Positions 6,539-14,164 of a DNA stretch of 14,164 nt are shown piece after piece. Positions within the stretch are counted from its first letter, which is position 1; each line of letters starts with the position of its first letter. This DNA is from Elusimicrobiota bacterium (GTDB lineage: Bacteria; Elusimicrobiota; Elusimicrobia; UBA1565). The DNA lies in the NCBI GenBank assembly GCA_043819795.1, contig JBDREN010000159.1, positions 1-14,164 on the forward strand. The letters run 5' to 3'. Made by a program: the position numbers and the translations under genes. The notes beneath the pieces are model-generated. The model did no database searches, had not been told where the DNA came from, and saw only the letters and a list, made by a program, of their open reading frames with translations.

Positions 6539-7669
6539 TTAGGCCGCTTCCGGCTCCGGCTGTGAGCCGGACTTGGCGGCCTTGGAACCGCCGCGGAAGA
6601 CGCCGGCGACCGCTCCGAAGATGGCTTTGATCGGCGCGAGCAGCAGCCCGATCAAGCCGAAGATCAGGCTTCCGATCCCGACCCCGGCGGCCACAATAGG
6701 GTTGGGCTTGGAGATGGGCTTGCCGTCGTTCTTGGGAGGCGGCATATCGTTGATCGTGAGCCCGTGGCGGAGGCCCGCGGAGGGGACTTCGGCGCCCTCC
6801 GGATCCGGGATCTTGTCGAGACGGGCGTGCAGATCGCCCGAAGGCGATGAGCCCGGATCTCCGGCCGTGTCGCCGACGACGACCGCGTCCGCCGGCTCCT
6901 CGCGAGGAGCGTCGTTGTCGAAGGCGCCGCCCGACTGCTTGGCGTCCTCCAGGGATCCGGCCCCGCCCTGCTCGAGAGCGGCCTTCGCGCTGGCCAGCGT
7001 CAGCTCGATCTCCTCGAGCTGCTTGCGCACGGTCTTCGAGCGGGGCATGAAGTCCCGCTTGGCGATGGAAAAGTCCTTCCCGAACTGGCGGCGGGTCTGC
7101 CCGATGACGTGATCGACCACCATCTTGGCCGGATACTTGTCCTTGGCGCCGGCGAGTCCGTCGAGCAGCTCCTTCTTCTGCTCCGCGGTCCACGACCGCA
7201 GCGACCCGAGGGTATAGCCCAGCTCATGGGGGTTCATCTTCTCCAGGAAGCCCGCGAGGAGTTCGCCGCCCCAGTCCCGGTCGTCCATCTCGGTGAACCA
7301 CGGGATCGCCTCCCGCGCCTTTTCGAGGGACGGCTTGGGCAGCTCAGCCATCCTGGCTTGGAATTCCTTGCTGTTCTTCTTGTACTTGGGCCGGAAATCG
7401 TTGATCTTGGAGAGCCACTCGAGCTGGAACCGCCACTTGGCCTGCTCGAACCCCTGGGCGTCCCCTTGGGCGGCCAGGACGCGCTCCAGCCCCGACCCGA
7501 AGGCCTCGTCGGTCTGCGGATCGGCCGTGACCGCGAGAAGCAGCCGCTGCTCCTCCCCGGTGAACAACTCGTTCCAGATTGTCGCTATATCCGCGCCGCC
7601 TTCGGCCCGGGCCGGGCCGCCGGCGGTCAGGATGAGGCCGAGAGAGACCGTCGCGATCATCGTTTTCAT
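6539..7669 (-). CDS. Hypothetical exported protein with a C-terminal Gly-rich hydrophobic segment (probable membrane anchor)
   Basis: 376 aa. Signal peptide MKTMIATVSLGLILTAGGPARA ends in AxA. It is followed by a charged, probably helical domain, an acidic/Pro-rich linker, the hydrophobic stretch IVAAGVGIGSLIFGLIGLLLAPIKAIFGAVAGVF and a short tail. Confidence 0.85.
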   Translation of the reverse strand: MKTMIATVSLGLILTAGGPARAEGGADIATIWNELFTGEEQRLLLAVTADPQTDEAFGSGLERVLAAQGDAQGFEQAKWRFQLEWLSKINDFRPKYKKNSKEFQARMAELPKPSLEKAREAIPWFTEMDDRDWGGELLAGFLEKMNPHELGYTLGSLRSWTAEQKKELLDGLAGAKDKYPAKMVVDHVIGQTRRQFGKDFSIAKRDFMPRSKTVRKQLEEIELTLASAKAALEQGGAGSLEDAKQSGGAFDNDAPREEPADAVVVGDTAGDPGSSPSGDLHARLDKIPDPEGAEVPSAGLRHGLTINDMPPPKNDGKPISKPNPIVAAGVGIGSLIFGLIGLLLAPIKAIFGAVAGVFRGGSKAAKSGSQPEPEAA

Positions 7670-7681
7670 GACTCTGCCGAT

Positions 7682-7690
7682 AGGATAACA
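7682..7690 (-). promoter_or_regulatory. Putative extended -10 promoter (TGTTATCCT)
   Basis: TGn-TAnnnT pattern 12 nt upstream of the ATG at 7669. The identical 9-mer precedes the J-domain gene. Confidence 0.5.
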
Positions 7691-7774
7691 GGATAGCTCC
7701 GCATAAACAGGGACCGGGGACCTAGGCCCTTCCTAGGACCTTTGCCGGGCGGGGAAAGGGGTTTTACGTCCTTT

Positions 7775-8371
7775 TCAGCGGTGGAAACAGCGCCGGCAGC
7801 GGGCCTCGTACTTGTCCCCCGCGCCGACGTTGATGCGCCTTCGGGTCTGGGTGAGCCTCTGGCTGCGGTTGGCGGGGTTTCCGCACACGACGCAGATCGC
7901 CAGGTTCTTCGTCACGAACTCGGCCACGGCCATGAGCCGGGCGGTGGCCTCGAAGGGGCGGCCCTTGTAGTCCTGGTCGAGGCCGGCCACGACGACCCTG
8001 CGGCCCTGGTCCGCGAGCTTCTCGCAGACGTCAACGACCGCCGGGCCGAAGAAATGGGCCTCGTCGATGCCCACCACCCGCGTATCGTCCTCGACGCCCG
8101 CCAGGATCTCTCGGGCGCTCTTGGCCGGGCGGGAGGGGATCTTCAGCTTGTCGTGGGAGGTGATGTGGTGGCGGCCGTAGCGCGTGTCGAGCGCCGAGTT
8201 GAAGGCCTGTACCTTCTGCCGGGCGATCTTCGCCAGGCGCAGGCGCCGGATGAGCTCCTCCGTCTTGCCGGAGAACATGCTCCCGCAGACGACCTCGATC
8301 CAGCCGCAGGTCTTGCCCACGGACGGCGTCCTGAGAGAGGATTCGTTGGCCATGAAGGTCGCGGCGTTCAT
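7775..8371 (-). CDS. tdk: Thymidine kinase
   Basis: GWIEVVCGSMFSGKTEELIRR P-loop, VVGIDEAHFF, VVVAGLDQDYKGRPF, and Zn cysteines CVVC...RCRRCF. GGAG lies 5 nt before the ATG at 8371. The track start at 8488 overlaps rfbB. Confidence 0.96.
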   Translation of the reverse strand: MNAATFMANESSLRTPSVGKTCGWIEVVCGSMFSGKTEELIRRLRLAKIARQKVQAFNSALDTRYGRHHITSHDKLKIPSRPAKSAREILAGVEDDTRVVGIDEAHFFGPAVVDVCEKLADQGRRVVVAGLDQDYKGRPFEATARLMAVAEFVTKNLAICVVCGNPANRSQRLTQTRRRINVGAGDKYEARCRRCFHR

Positions 8372-8381
8372 ATCGACTCCA

Positions 8382-9407
8382 CTAGGCTCGGCGGACCTTG
8401 CCGGCGGACAGTTTCTTGTACTGCTTGCGGTAATACTTCCGGTACTGGCCCTTGCTCTTGAGCCCCCGCCACCAAGACGAGTTCTCACGGTACCAGGCGA
8501 TCGTGCGCGCGAGGGCCTCGTTGAAGGGGACCGAATGCCTCCAGCCCAGGGCGCGCAGCTTGCGGCAGTCGAGCGCGTAGCGGCGGTCGTGGCCGGGGCG
8601 GTCGGACACCCGGCGCACCAGGCTCTTCGGGACGCCCATGAGCCGCCGCACCCGCTCGACGAGCTCCCGGTTCGTCGAAGAAAAGGCCCCGCCGACGTTG
8701 TAGATCTCCCCGGCGACGCCCCGGCGCAGGACGAGGTCGATGGCCCGGACGTGGTCGATCACGTGGATCCAGTCGCGCACGTTGAGCCCGTCGCCGTAGA
8801 GCGGGAAGGGCTCGCCCTCCAGCCAGTTCGTGATCATCAGCGGCAGGGCCTTCTCCGGGTACTGGTAGGGACCGAAATTGTTCGAGGCCCGGGTGACCAC
8901 CACCGGCAGCCCGTGGGTCACCCGGTAGGCGCGTACCAGGAGGTCCGAGGCGGCCTTGGACGCGGCGTACGGGCTGTTGGGGAGCAGGCGGTCTCCCTCC
9001 CGGGAGCGGCCCCGCGAAACGCTGCCGTAGACCTCGTCGGTGCTCACGTGGACGAAGCGCCGGACACCGTGGCGCAGGGCCGCGTCGAGCAGGACCTGCG
9101 TTCCGGCGACGTTCGTGCGCAGGAACGCCGCCGCGTCGAGGATGGACCGGTCCACGTGGGTCTCGGCCGCGAAATGGACGACGGCGTCGACTCCCTTCAT
9201 GCACCGGCCGACGACCTTGGGGTCGGCGATGTCGCCGCGCACCCAGCGGTGGCGGCTGCGGCCCTCCATCCCCTCGAGGTTGGCCGGGTTGCCGGCGTAG
9301 GTGTTGAGGTCCAGATTGACGATCGAGTCCTTCTTGTCGCGGGAAAGGCGGTATCGGACGAAGTTCGAGCCGATGAATCCCAGGCCTCCGGTGACCAGAA
9401 GCCTCAT
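8382..9407 (-). CDS. rfbB: dTDP-glucose 4,6-dehydratase
   Basis: MRLLVTGGLGFIGSNFVR, HFAAETHVDRSI, HVSTDEVYG, PNSPYAASKAASD, NNFGPYQYPEK, RDWIHV, DRPGHDRRYA. The start overlaps the upstream stop as ATGA (9404-9407). Confidence 0.96.
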   Translation of the reverse strand: MRLLVTGGLGFIGSNFVRYRLSRDKKDSIVNLDLNTYAGNPANLEGMEGRSRHRWVRGDIADPKVVGRCMKGVDAVVHFAAETHVDRSILDAAAFLRTNVAGTQVLLDAALRHGVRRFVHVSTDEVYGSVSRGRSREGDRLLPNSPYAASKAASDLLVRAYRVTHGLPVVVTRASNNFGPYQYPEKALPLMITNWLEGEPFPLYGDGLNVRDWIHVIDHVRAIDLVLRRGVAGEIYNVGGAFSSTNRELVERVRRLMGVPKSLVRRVSDRPGHDRRYALDCRKLRALGWRHSVPFNEALARTIAWYRENSSWWRGLKSKGQYRKYYRKQYKKLSAGKVRRA

Positions 9408-10369
9408 GCGCGCCGGGGACCGCCCTTGAAGTAGACCTTCTCGAAATAGCGCCAGGTATCGTGGAGGCCCTTCTCGAAGTTCATGACCGGCTTGTAGCCC
9501 AGAAGCCTCTTGGCGCGCGAGATGTCGGCCCAGGTCTTGCGCACGTCGCCCTGGCGCATGGGGGTGTGCCGCCGCGGCAGCTTGCGCCCGAGGATGCCCT
9601 CTAAGACGTGGATGATGTCCAGAAGCGAGTAGGTCTTGCCGTTGGCGATGTTGAACGCCTCCCCGATGCCGGTCCGCGTCTTCGCCGCCCGGAGGTTGGC
9701 CTGGACCACGTTGGAGATGTGCGTGAAGTCGCGGCTCTGCTTCCCGTCCCAGTGGACCTCGAGCGGGCGCCCGAGGTGTGCCTGCTCCATGAACTTCGGG
9801 ATGACCGCGGAGTAGAGCGACTCGGGGTCCTGGCGCGGGCCGAAGACGTTGAAGTAGCGCAGGGAGACCGTCTCGAGCCCCATGACCTTGGAGAAGAGGA
9901 TGCAGTAGTGCTCGCCGCAGAGCTTCGAGGCCGCGTACGGGCTCACCGGCTCGGGCTTGTAGGCCTCCTTCTGCGGGAAGCGCTTCGCGTCGCCGTAGGC
10001 CGAGCTGGAGGAGGCGTAGACGAAGCGCTTGACCTTCGCGTCGCGCGCGGCCAGCAGCATGTTGAGGGTCCCGGTCGCGTTGGCGTCGTGCGACGCGGTC
10101 GGGCGGTCCACCGACTTCGGGACGGAGCGGAGCGCGGCCTGGTGGATCACGTAGGTCGCGCCGCGCACCGCCCGGCGGCAAGCGGCCGGGCTGCAGATGT
10201 CGCCGCGGATCAGATCGATGCGGTCGCGGAAGCCGGCGATATGCTCCTTCTTGCCGGCCGAAAAATTATCGATGACGCGCACCTTCTCGCCGCGCCGGAC
10301 CAAGGTCTCGGCGATGTGGGAACCGATGAAGCCCGCTCCGCCCGTCACCAGCCAGATCTTTTTAGCCAT
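9404..10369 (-). CDS. NAD-dependent nucleotide-sugar epimerase (extended SDR; WbpP/TviC-like UDP-hexose/HexNAc 4-epimerase)
   Basis: TGGAGFIGSH, HQAALRSVPKSV, YASSSSAYG, PYAASK (YxxxK), LRYFNVFGPRQDP, YSAVIPKF, QSRDFTH. Confidence 0.92.
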   Translation of the reverse strand: MAKKIWLVTGGAGFIGSHIAETLVRRGEKVRVIDNFSAGKKEHIAGFRDRIDLIRGDICSPAACRRAVRGATYVIHQAALRSVPKSVDRPTASHDANATGTLNMLLAARDAKVKRFVYASSSSAYGDAKRFPQKEAYKPEPVSPYAASKLCGEHYCILFSKVMGLETVSLRYFNVFGPRQDPESLYSAVIPKFMEQAHLGRPLEVHWDGKQSRDFTHISNVVQANLRAAKTRTGIGEAFNIANGKTYSLLDIIHVLEGILGRKLPRRHTPMRQGDVRKTWADISRAKRLLGYKPVMNFEKGLHDTWRYFEKVYFKGGPRRA

Positions 10370-10411
10370 GTAGCCGCCTTTACGCCGCAGTTTTTCGAAA
10401 ACGCGTCCGCT

Positions 10412-10420
10412 ATTCTACCA
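10412..10420 (-). promoter_or_regulatory. Putative extended -10 promoter (TGGTAGAAT) for epimerase-rfbB-tdk
   Basis: TGn-TAGAAT on the - strand in the intergenic gap, 42 nt upstream of the ATG at 10369. Confidence 0.6.
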
Positions 10421-10435
10421 AAATCGGGCTCGCCC

Positions 10436-11791
10436 CTATTTCACCAGGCCGTAGACGAACACCGCGGCCACGGCCAGGGGACAGACGTAGCGGACACAGC
10501 GAATCCAGACCGGGAACCACCGCGCGTACGCGGACCCCTCCTCGAACTCGCGCCGGACCCGCTCCGGGTCCATGCGGAAGCCCACGAACAGAGCCACGAA
10601 GAGCCCCCCGATCGGGAGGAACCAGTTCGATGCCAGGTAGTCCATCGAGTCGAAGAAGCTCCGCCCCCCCGGCAGCGTCAAACCGGAAAGGAGGCTGCCG
10701 GAAAGGGCCGAGGGGACGCCGAACAAGAAGATCGCCAGGCCCGGGATCAGCGTGGCGCGCCGCCGGTCCCAGCCGAGCGTGTCTATGAAGAACGCGGCCA
10801 CGACCTCCATCAGCGACACGGCCGAGGTGATCGCCGCGAAGACCAGAAGCAGGAAGAACACCGTGGCGAAGACCATCCCCGCCGGCAGCTGCCGGAAGAC
10901 GATGGGCATGCTCTTGAATACCAGCCCCGGCCCCGCCTCCGGCGACATCCCGTAGCTAAAGAGGATCGGGAACATGCACAAGGCCGCCAGCAAGGCTACG
11001 CCCGTGTCCATTACCGAGACCAGCACCGCGGACTTGCCGATGTCGGCCCGCCGGGAGAGGTAGCTGCCGTAGGTCAGCATGGCGCCCATGCCCAGGCTCA
11101 GGGAGAAGAAGGCCTGTCCCATAGCCTCCAGGACGGCGGCCGGCTTGACCCCGGAAAGATCGGGGAGCAGGATGAAGGATACGGCCTTCCCGAAGCCCGG
11201 CATGAACATCGCCCGAACGAGGAGCACCAGGATCATGACGAAGAGCGCCGGCATCAGCACGCGCGCGGAACGCTCGATCCCTCCTTTCACGCCTCCGAGC
11301 ACGATGCCGACCGTCAGGCCCATGAACACGGCGTGCCAGAGCAGGTTCGCCCCCCCGCTCGCGTAGAGCGCCTCGAAGCAGCCCGCGATCGCCTCGGGAT
11401 CCTCGGCGCCCCCGAAACCCGTCAAGGAAAGCCACACGTAGTGCAGCGTCCAGCCGGCGACGACGCTGTAGTAGGACAGGATGACGAAGCCCGTGAGTAT
11501 CCCGAGCCATCCGACCAGCTGCCAGACGCTGCCCCTCGAGGTCAGGTCGCGGAAGGCCTCCACGGGCGAGCGCTGAGCCGAGCGGCCGATGGCGAACTCG
11601 CAGACCATGATCGGGATGCCGATGAGGGCGATGCAGGCCAGATAGATGGCCACGAAGAACCCGCCCCCGTTCATGCCCGCCACGTACGGGAACTTCCAGA
11701 TGTTCCCGAGGCCGATGGCCGATCCCGCGCAGGCCAGCAGGAAGCCCATCCGGGTCGCCCACTGTCCGCGCTCCTTCGTCCCGTTCGTCAT
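10436..11791 (-). CDS. Sodium-dependent transporter, NSS/SNF (LeuT-like) family
   Basis: RGQW..RMGFLLACAGSAIGLGNIWKFPY, NGGGFF, SYYSVVAGW, GQAFFSLSLGMG, TYGSY, GPGLVF, AAITSAVSLME; many TM segments; RBS GAGGAG upstream. Confidence 0.96.
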   Translation of the reverse strand: MTNGTKERGQWATRMGFLLACAGSAIGLGNIWKFPYVAGMNGGGFFVAIYLACIALIGIPIMVCEFAIGRSAQRSPVEAFRDLTSRGSVWQLVGWLGILTGFVILSYYSVVAGWTLHYVWLSLTGFGGAEDPEAIAGCFEALYASGGANLLWHAVFMGLTVGIVLGGVKGGIERSARVLMPALFVMILVLLVRAMFMPGFGKAVSFILLPDLSGVKPAAVLEAMGQAFFSLSLGMGAMLTYGSYLSRRADIGKSAVLVSVMDTGVALLAALCMFPILFSYGMSPEAGPGLVFKSMPIVFRQLPAGMVFATVFFLLLVFAAITSAVSLMEVVAAFFIDTLGWDRRRATLIPGLAIFLFGVPSALSGSLLSGLTLPGGRSFFDSMDYLASNWFLPIGGLFVALFVGFRMDPERVRREFEEGSAYARWFPVWIRCVRYVCPLAVAAVFVYGLVK

Positions 11792-11824
11792 CGAGCTCTC
11801 CTCGGTCCGCCCCGGGGTCTTAGG

Positions 11825-13399
11825 TCACGGCTGCAGCCACGACGGAGGCGCCGAGCCGTGGTCGAGCAGCCAGTCGTGGAAGCGGCGCAGCGAGTACCGG
11901 CGGCCCCAGCGCACGCGCGCCGCCGAGCGAAGCTTCAGGATCTCCAGCTTGCCCATCGTATAGCTCAGAGGCTCGGTCGGGGTCCCGCAGTAGCGGTTGA
12001 CCTCGGCCGCCGCGTTCGGCCGCTCCAGCAGGGCCTCCCGCACGAGGAGGTCCGCGGCGCGGCGGTGCGGCCAGCCGCGCACGTGCAGGCCCACGTCCGC
12101 GACCACGCGGCAAGCGCGCCAGAGCTGGTCCTTGAGGCGCATGAGCCGCATACGATCGTCGTTCAGGTAGCCGGTCTCCTCCATCATCTGCTCGCAGTAG
12201 TGGGCCCAGCCTTCATACATGGCCGGCGTGTAGAAGACGCGGCCCGCCTTCGACCGGACGCGGTTGCCCCGGCTGAGCTGGATGTGGTGGCCCGGATAGC
12301 CTTCGTGAAGGGCCACCAGGGGGATGACCCACACGCAGTGCTCCCTCAGCCGCTCCGCCTGCTTGCGCTTCGACGACTTCCCGTCCACCGGCGTCACCCA
12401 GAACGTGCTGCGGCGCCCCTTCTCGAAGGCCCCGGGCGGGATCATGGCCGCGTAGGGGACCGTGCCCCATTCGAAGCGCGGCGTGGGAAGCACCCGCAGC
12501 GACTCCCCTTTCGGAAACCGGACCAGCCCCTCGCGCAGGCAGAAAGCGCGCAGCCGCCGGCTCTCCCGCCGGTGATGCGCGACGACGTCCCCGGCCGAGG
12601 GATGATCCCTCTTGAGCCGCAGGACGACCTCCTGCCACGCGGCGTTCGGATCGAGACGGCGGGCGAGCCGCGCCATCTCCGCCTTGGTCCGCGCGATCTC
12701 CTCGCGGCCGATCTCATAGAGCTCGTCGGCGTCGTACGGCAGGCCGTGCTCGAGGCGCAGCTTGAGGTCGAATATCCTCCGGCCGAGGGGGAAGGTGCGC
12801 CGGGCCTTGGGCAGGACCGACTTCCGAAGGTGGAGCGCGTAGCGCCGCATCGCGCGCACCGCGGCCTCGGTCCGCACGGGATCGAACGGCCGGATGGCCC
12901 CGCGAAGGAACCCGACCCCGGCCTCGGCCGCCGCGATGGCGACCTCCGTGAGGGTGCGGTCGGGATACCGCAGGTTCTCGACGCCCTGGCGGAGCACCCG
13001 GGGCACCTCGGCGAGGCGCGCGCGCACCATCTCGCGGCGGTAGCGCGCCGGATGATCCCTGAGGAGAAGCAGATGCAGCGAGCGGATCGCGTTGAGCGAA
13101 TAAAGGCTGGGGTCCTTGTGGATGCGCCCCCACCCCTCGATCTCGGCCACCTGGACCCGGAGGTGCCCCTCGAGCAGGCGCTTGTCCCAGGCGCCCGGAG
13201 AGCCGTTGCGGAACCGCAAGCGCGCGAGCCGGGCCAGGAGGGCCTTCTTGACGCGCAGGCGCTCCGCGACCGCCTCCGGCGAGAAGTCCCCGATCGTGTG
13301 GTCGTAGCCGCGGACCCCGGCGTAGGTGGCCAAGACGGGCAGGCCGAGCCAGCGGTCCACGAGCGCGTCCTCGACGATGTCCTTGAGCCTCTCCGGCAT
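11825..13399 (-). CDS. DUF885 family protein (no signal peptide)
   Basis: LHEGYPGHHIQ, YEGWAHYCE, LWRACRVVADVGLH, EVNRY..TPTEPLSYTMGKLEI, FHDWLL..GS.P. Start placed at ATG 13399, 7 nt after a -10 box. The track start at 13426 is a TTG. Confidence 0.9.
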   Translation of the reverse strand: MPERLKDIVEDALVDRWLGLPVLATYAGVRGYDHTIGDFSPEAVAERLRVKKALLARLARLRFRNGSPGAWDKRLLEGHLRVQVAEIEGWGRIHKDPSLYSLNAIRSLHLLLLRDHPARYRREMVRARLAEVPRVLRQGVENLRYPDRTLTEVAIAAAEAGVGFLRGAIRPFDPVRTEAAVRAMRRYALHLRKSVLPKARRTFPLGRRIFDLKLRLEHGLPYDADELYEIGREEIARTKAEMARLARRLDPNAAWQEVVLRLKRDHPSAGDVVAHHRRESRRLRAFCLREGLVRFPKGESLRVLPTPRFEWGTVPYAAMIPPGAFEKGRRSTFWVTPVDGKSSKRKQAERLREHCVWVIPLVALHEGYPGHHIQLSRGNRVRSKAGRVFYTPAMYEGWAHYCEQMMEETGYLNDDRMRLMRLKDQLWRACRVVADVGLHVRGWPHRRAADLLVREALLERPNAAAEVNRYCGTPTEPLSYTMGKLEILKLRSAARVRWGRRYSLRRFHDWLLDHGSAPPSWLQP

Positions 13400-13406
13400 G
13401 GCCCGA

Positions 13407-13415
13407 AGTCTACCA
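13407..13415 (-). promoter_or_regulatory. Putative extended -10 (TGGTAGACT) for a leaderless DUF885 transcript
   Basis: TGn-TAGACT, then 7 nt, then ATG 13399. No Shine-Dalgarno. Confidence 0.6.
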
Positions 13416-13430
13416 AATCTGCCCAAGGGG

Positions 13431-13439
13431 TGTTATCCT
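13431..13439 (+). promoter_or_regulatory. Putative extended -10 (TGTTATCCT) for a leaderless J-domain gene transcript
   Basis: TGn-TATCCT, then 6 nt, then ATG 13446. No Shine-Dalgarno. Confidence 0.6.
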
Positions 13440-13445
13440 TTCCGT

Positions 13446-14164
13446 ATGCCGCCGCCCGAGGAGTACTACCGCGTCCTCAACCTCGACCCCGACGCCTCAC
13501 TAGCGGACATCAAGCAGGCCTACCGGGAGCTGGCCAAGGAATGGCATCCCGACCTCTATCCCTACGGACCCGAGCTGCGCCGGCGCTGCGAGACCAAGAT
13601 GCGCCGGATCAACGAGGCCTACGAGCATCTTCGGCGATACGCGGGGGAGCAGGCGGCGACCGCGACCGAAGACGAGGCCGGCGACGACGCGGGAGCGGAG
13701 GACGCCGCGGAGCGGGCCGGCTACGGCCCCGAAGGCGCCGGCGAAGAAGCCGGACCCGCCGATCCGGAAGCGGAGCCCTCGCTGGAGCCCTGGCGCGAGC
13801 GCCCCGGACACGCGCGCGGGCCCGGGTGGGCGCCCTTCCGGCAGCACGTCCCCATGGACCGGCCCGACTACGCGGGCCTGCTGCAGGCCGGCGCGGGCTT
13901 CGTCGCGGCGATCGCCGCGATGGCGGCTATATTCGCCCTCGACGACCCGACCCGGGAGGGCTACTACCGGATCCTGCGGACCGCCGTGAGCCTCTCCTCC
14001 GTCTACGGGGCCTACTACGCGCTATCGAGGGCCTACCGGGAGATCGCGATCGGGCTGGTGCTGCTGGCCTTGGCCCTCAACCCGCTTCTGCCGGTCGCCA
14101 TGTCGCTGGACGAGTGGCGCGTCTTCAACTTCGTCTGCCCCCTGGTCCTGGTCTACATCTGGTT
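13446..14164 (+). CDS. J-domain (DnaJ class C) membrane protein with a C-terminal DUF6804-like domain; 3' end lies outside the window
   Basis: Translated by hand: MPPPEEYYRVLNLDPDASLADIKQAYRELAKEWHPD (HPD 13545-13553)...MRRINEAYEHL. An acidic linker follows, then hydrophobic segments with GYYRILR...LALALNPLLPV...W. The frame stays open to the window end. Confidence 0.9.
   Translation, partial: MPPPEEYYRVLNLDPDASLADIKQAYRELAKEWHPDLYPYGPELRRRCETKMRRINEAYEHLRRYAGEQAATATEDEAGDDAGAEDAAERAGYGPEGAGEEAGPADPEAEPSLEPWRERPGHARGPGWAPFRQHVPMDRPDYAGLLQAGAGFVAAIAAMAAIFALDDPTREGYYRILRTAVSLSSVYGAYYALSRAYREIAIGLVLLALALNPLLPVAMSLDEWRVFNFVCPLVLVYIW

Noticed and set aside
6446..6544. Possible integron attC site (gene ends in GCCTAAC followed by a hairpin)
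   Set aside because: No matching GTTRRRY at a suitable distance, the hairpin's GTT/AAC order is reversed, and there is no integrase or cassette array.
8382..10181. 599-aa ORF suggesting an N-terminally extended rfbB
   Set aside because: The extension overlaps the epimerase in another frame. The real start is the ATGA-coupled ATG at 9407.
13500..13847. - strand 115-aa ORF
   Set aside because: It is antisense to the J-domain gene.
1..14164. CRISPR array, tRNA/rRNA, transposase or phage genes
   Set aside because: No regularly spaced repeats, cloverleaf motifs or mobile-element protein motifs were seen.

Overview
High-GC bacterial window with almost all genes on the - strand; the long + strand ORFs in the track are antisense shadows. 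The style of the signal-peptide/low-complexity proteins suggests Elusimicrobiota, but that is only an impression. Right half (housekeeping): a J-domain membrane protein (cut at the right edge) diverges from a DUF885 gene. The DUF885 gene is followed by an NSS transporter, then a WbpP/TviC-like epimerase, rfbB and tdk. Left half (accessory, exported proteins), in transcription order: a C-terminally anchored secreted protein, a REP/MITE-like hairpin, a frameshifted cheB remnant, a single-domain response regulator, a Sec-signal protein with an FrpC-like Asp-Pro self-processing module, a polytopic membrane protein, and a GH13 glycosidase (cut at the left edge). Best leads: (1) two unrelated proteins share a ~180-aa leader made of a near-identical signal peptide, a similar-length low-complexity linker and an FDG motif; (2) a clip-and-link module outside an RTX context; (3) an ATGGG(C/T)C motif recurs upstream of the exported-protein genes; (4) divergent leaderless promoters. 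All family assignments come from motif recognition by eye; no searches were run.
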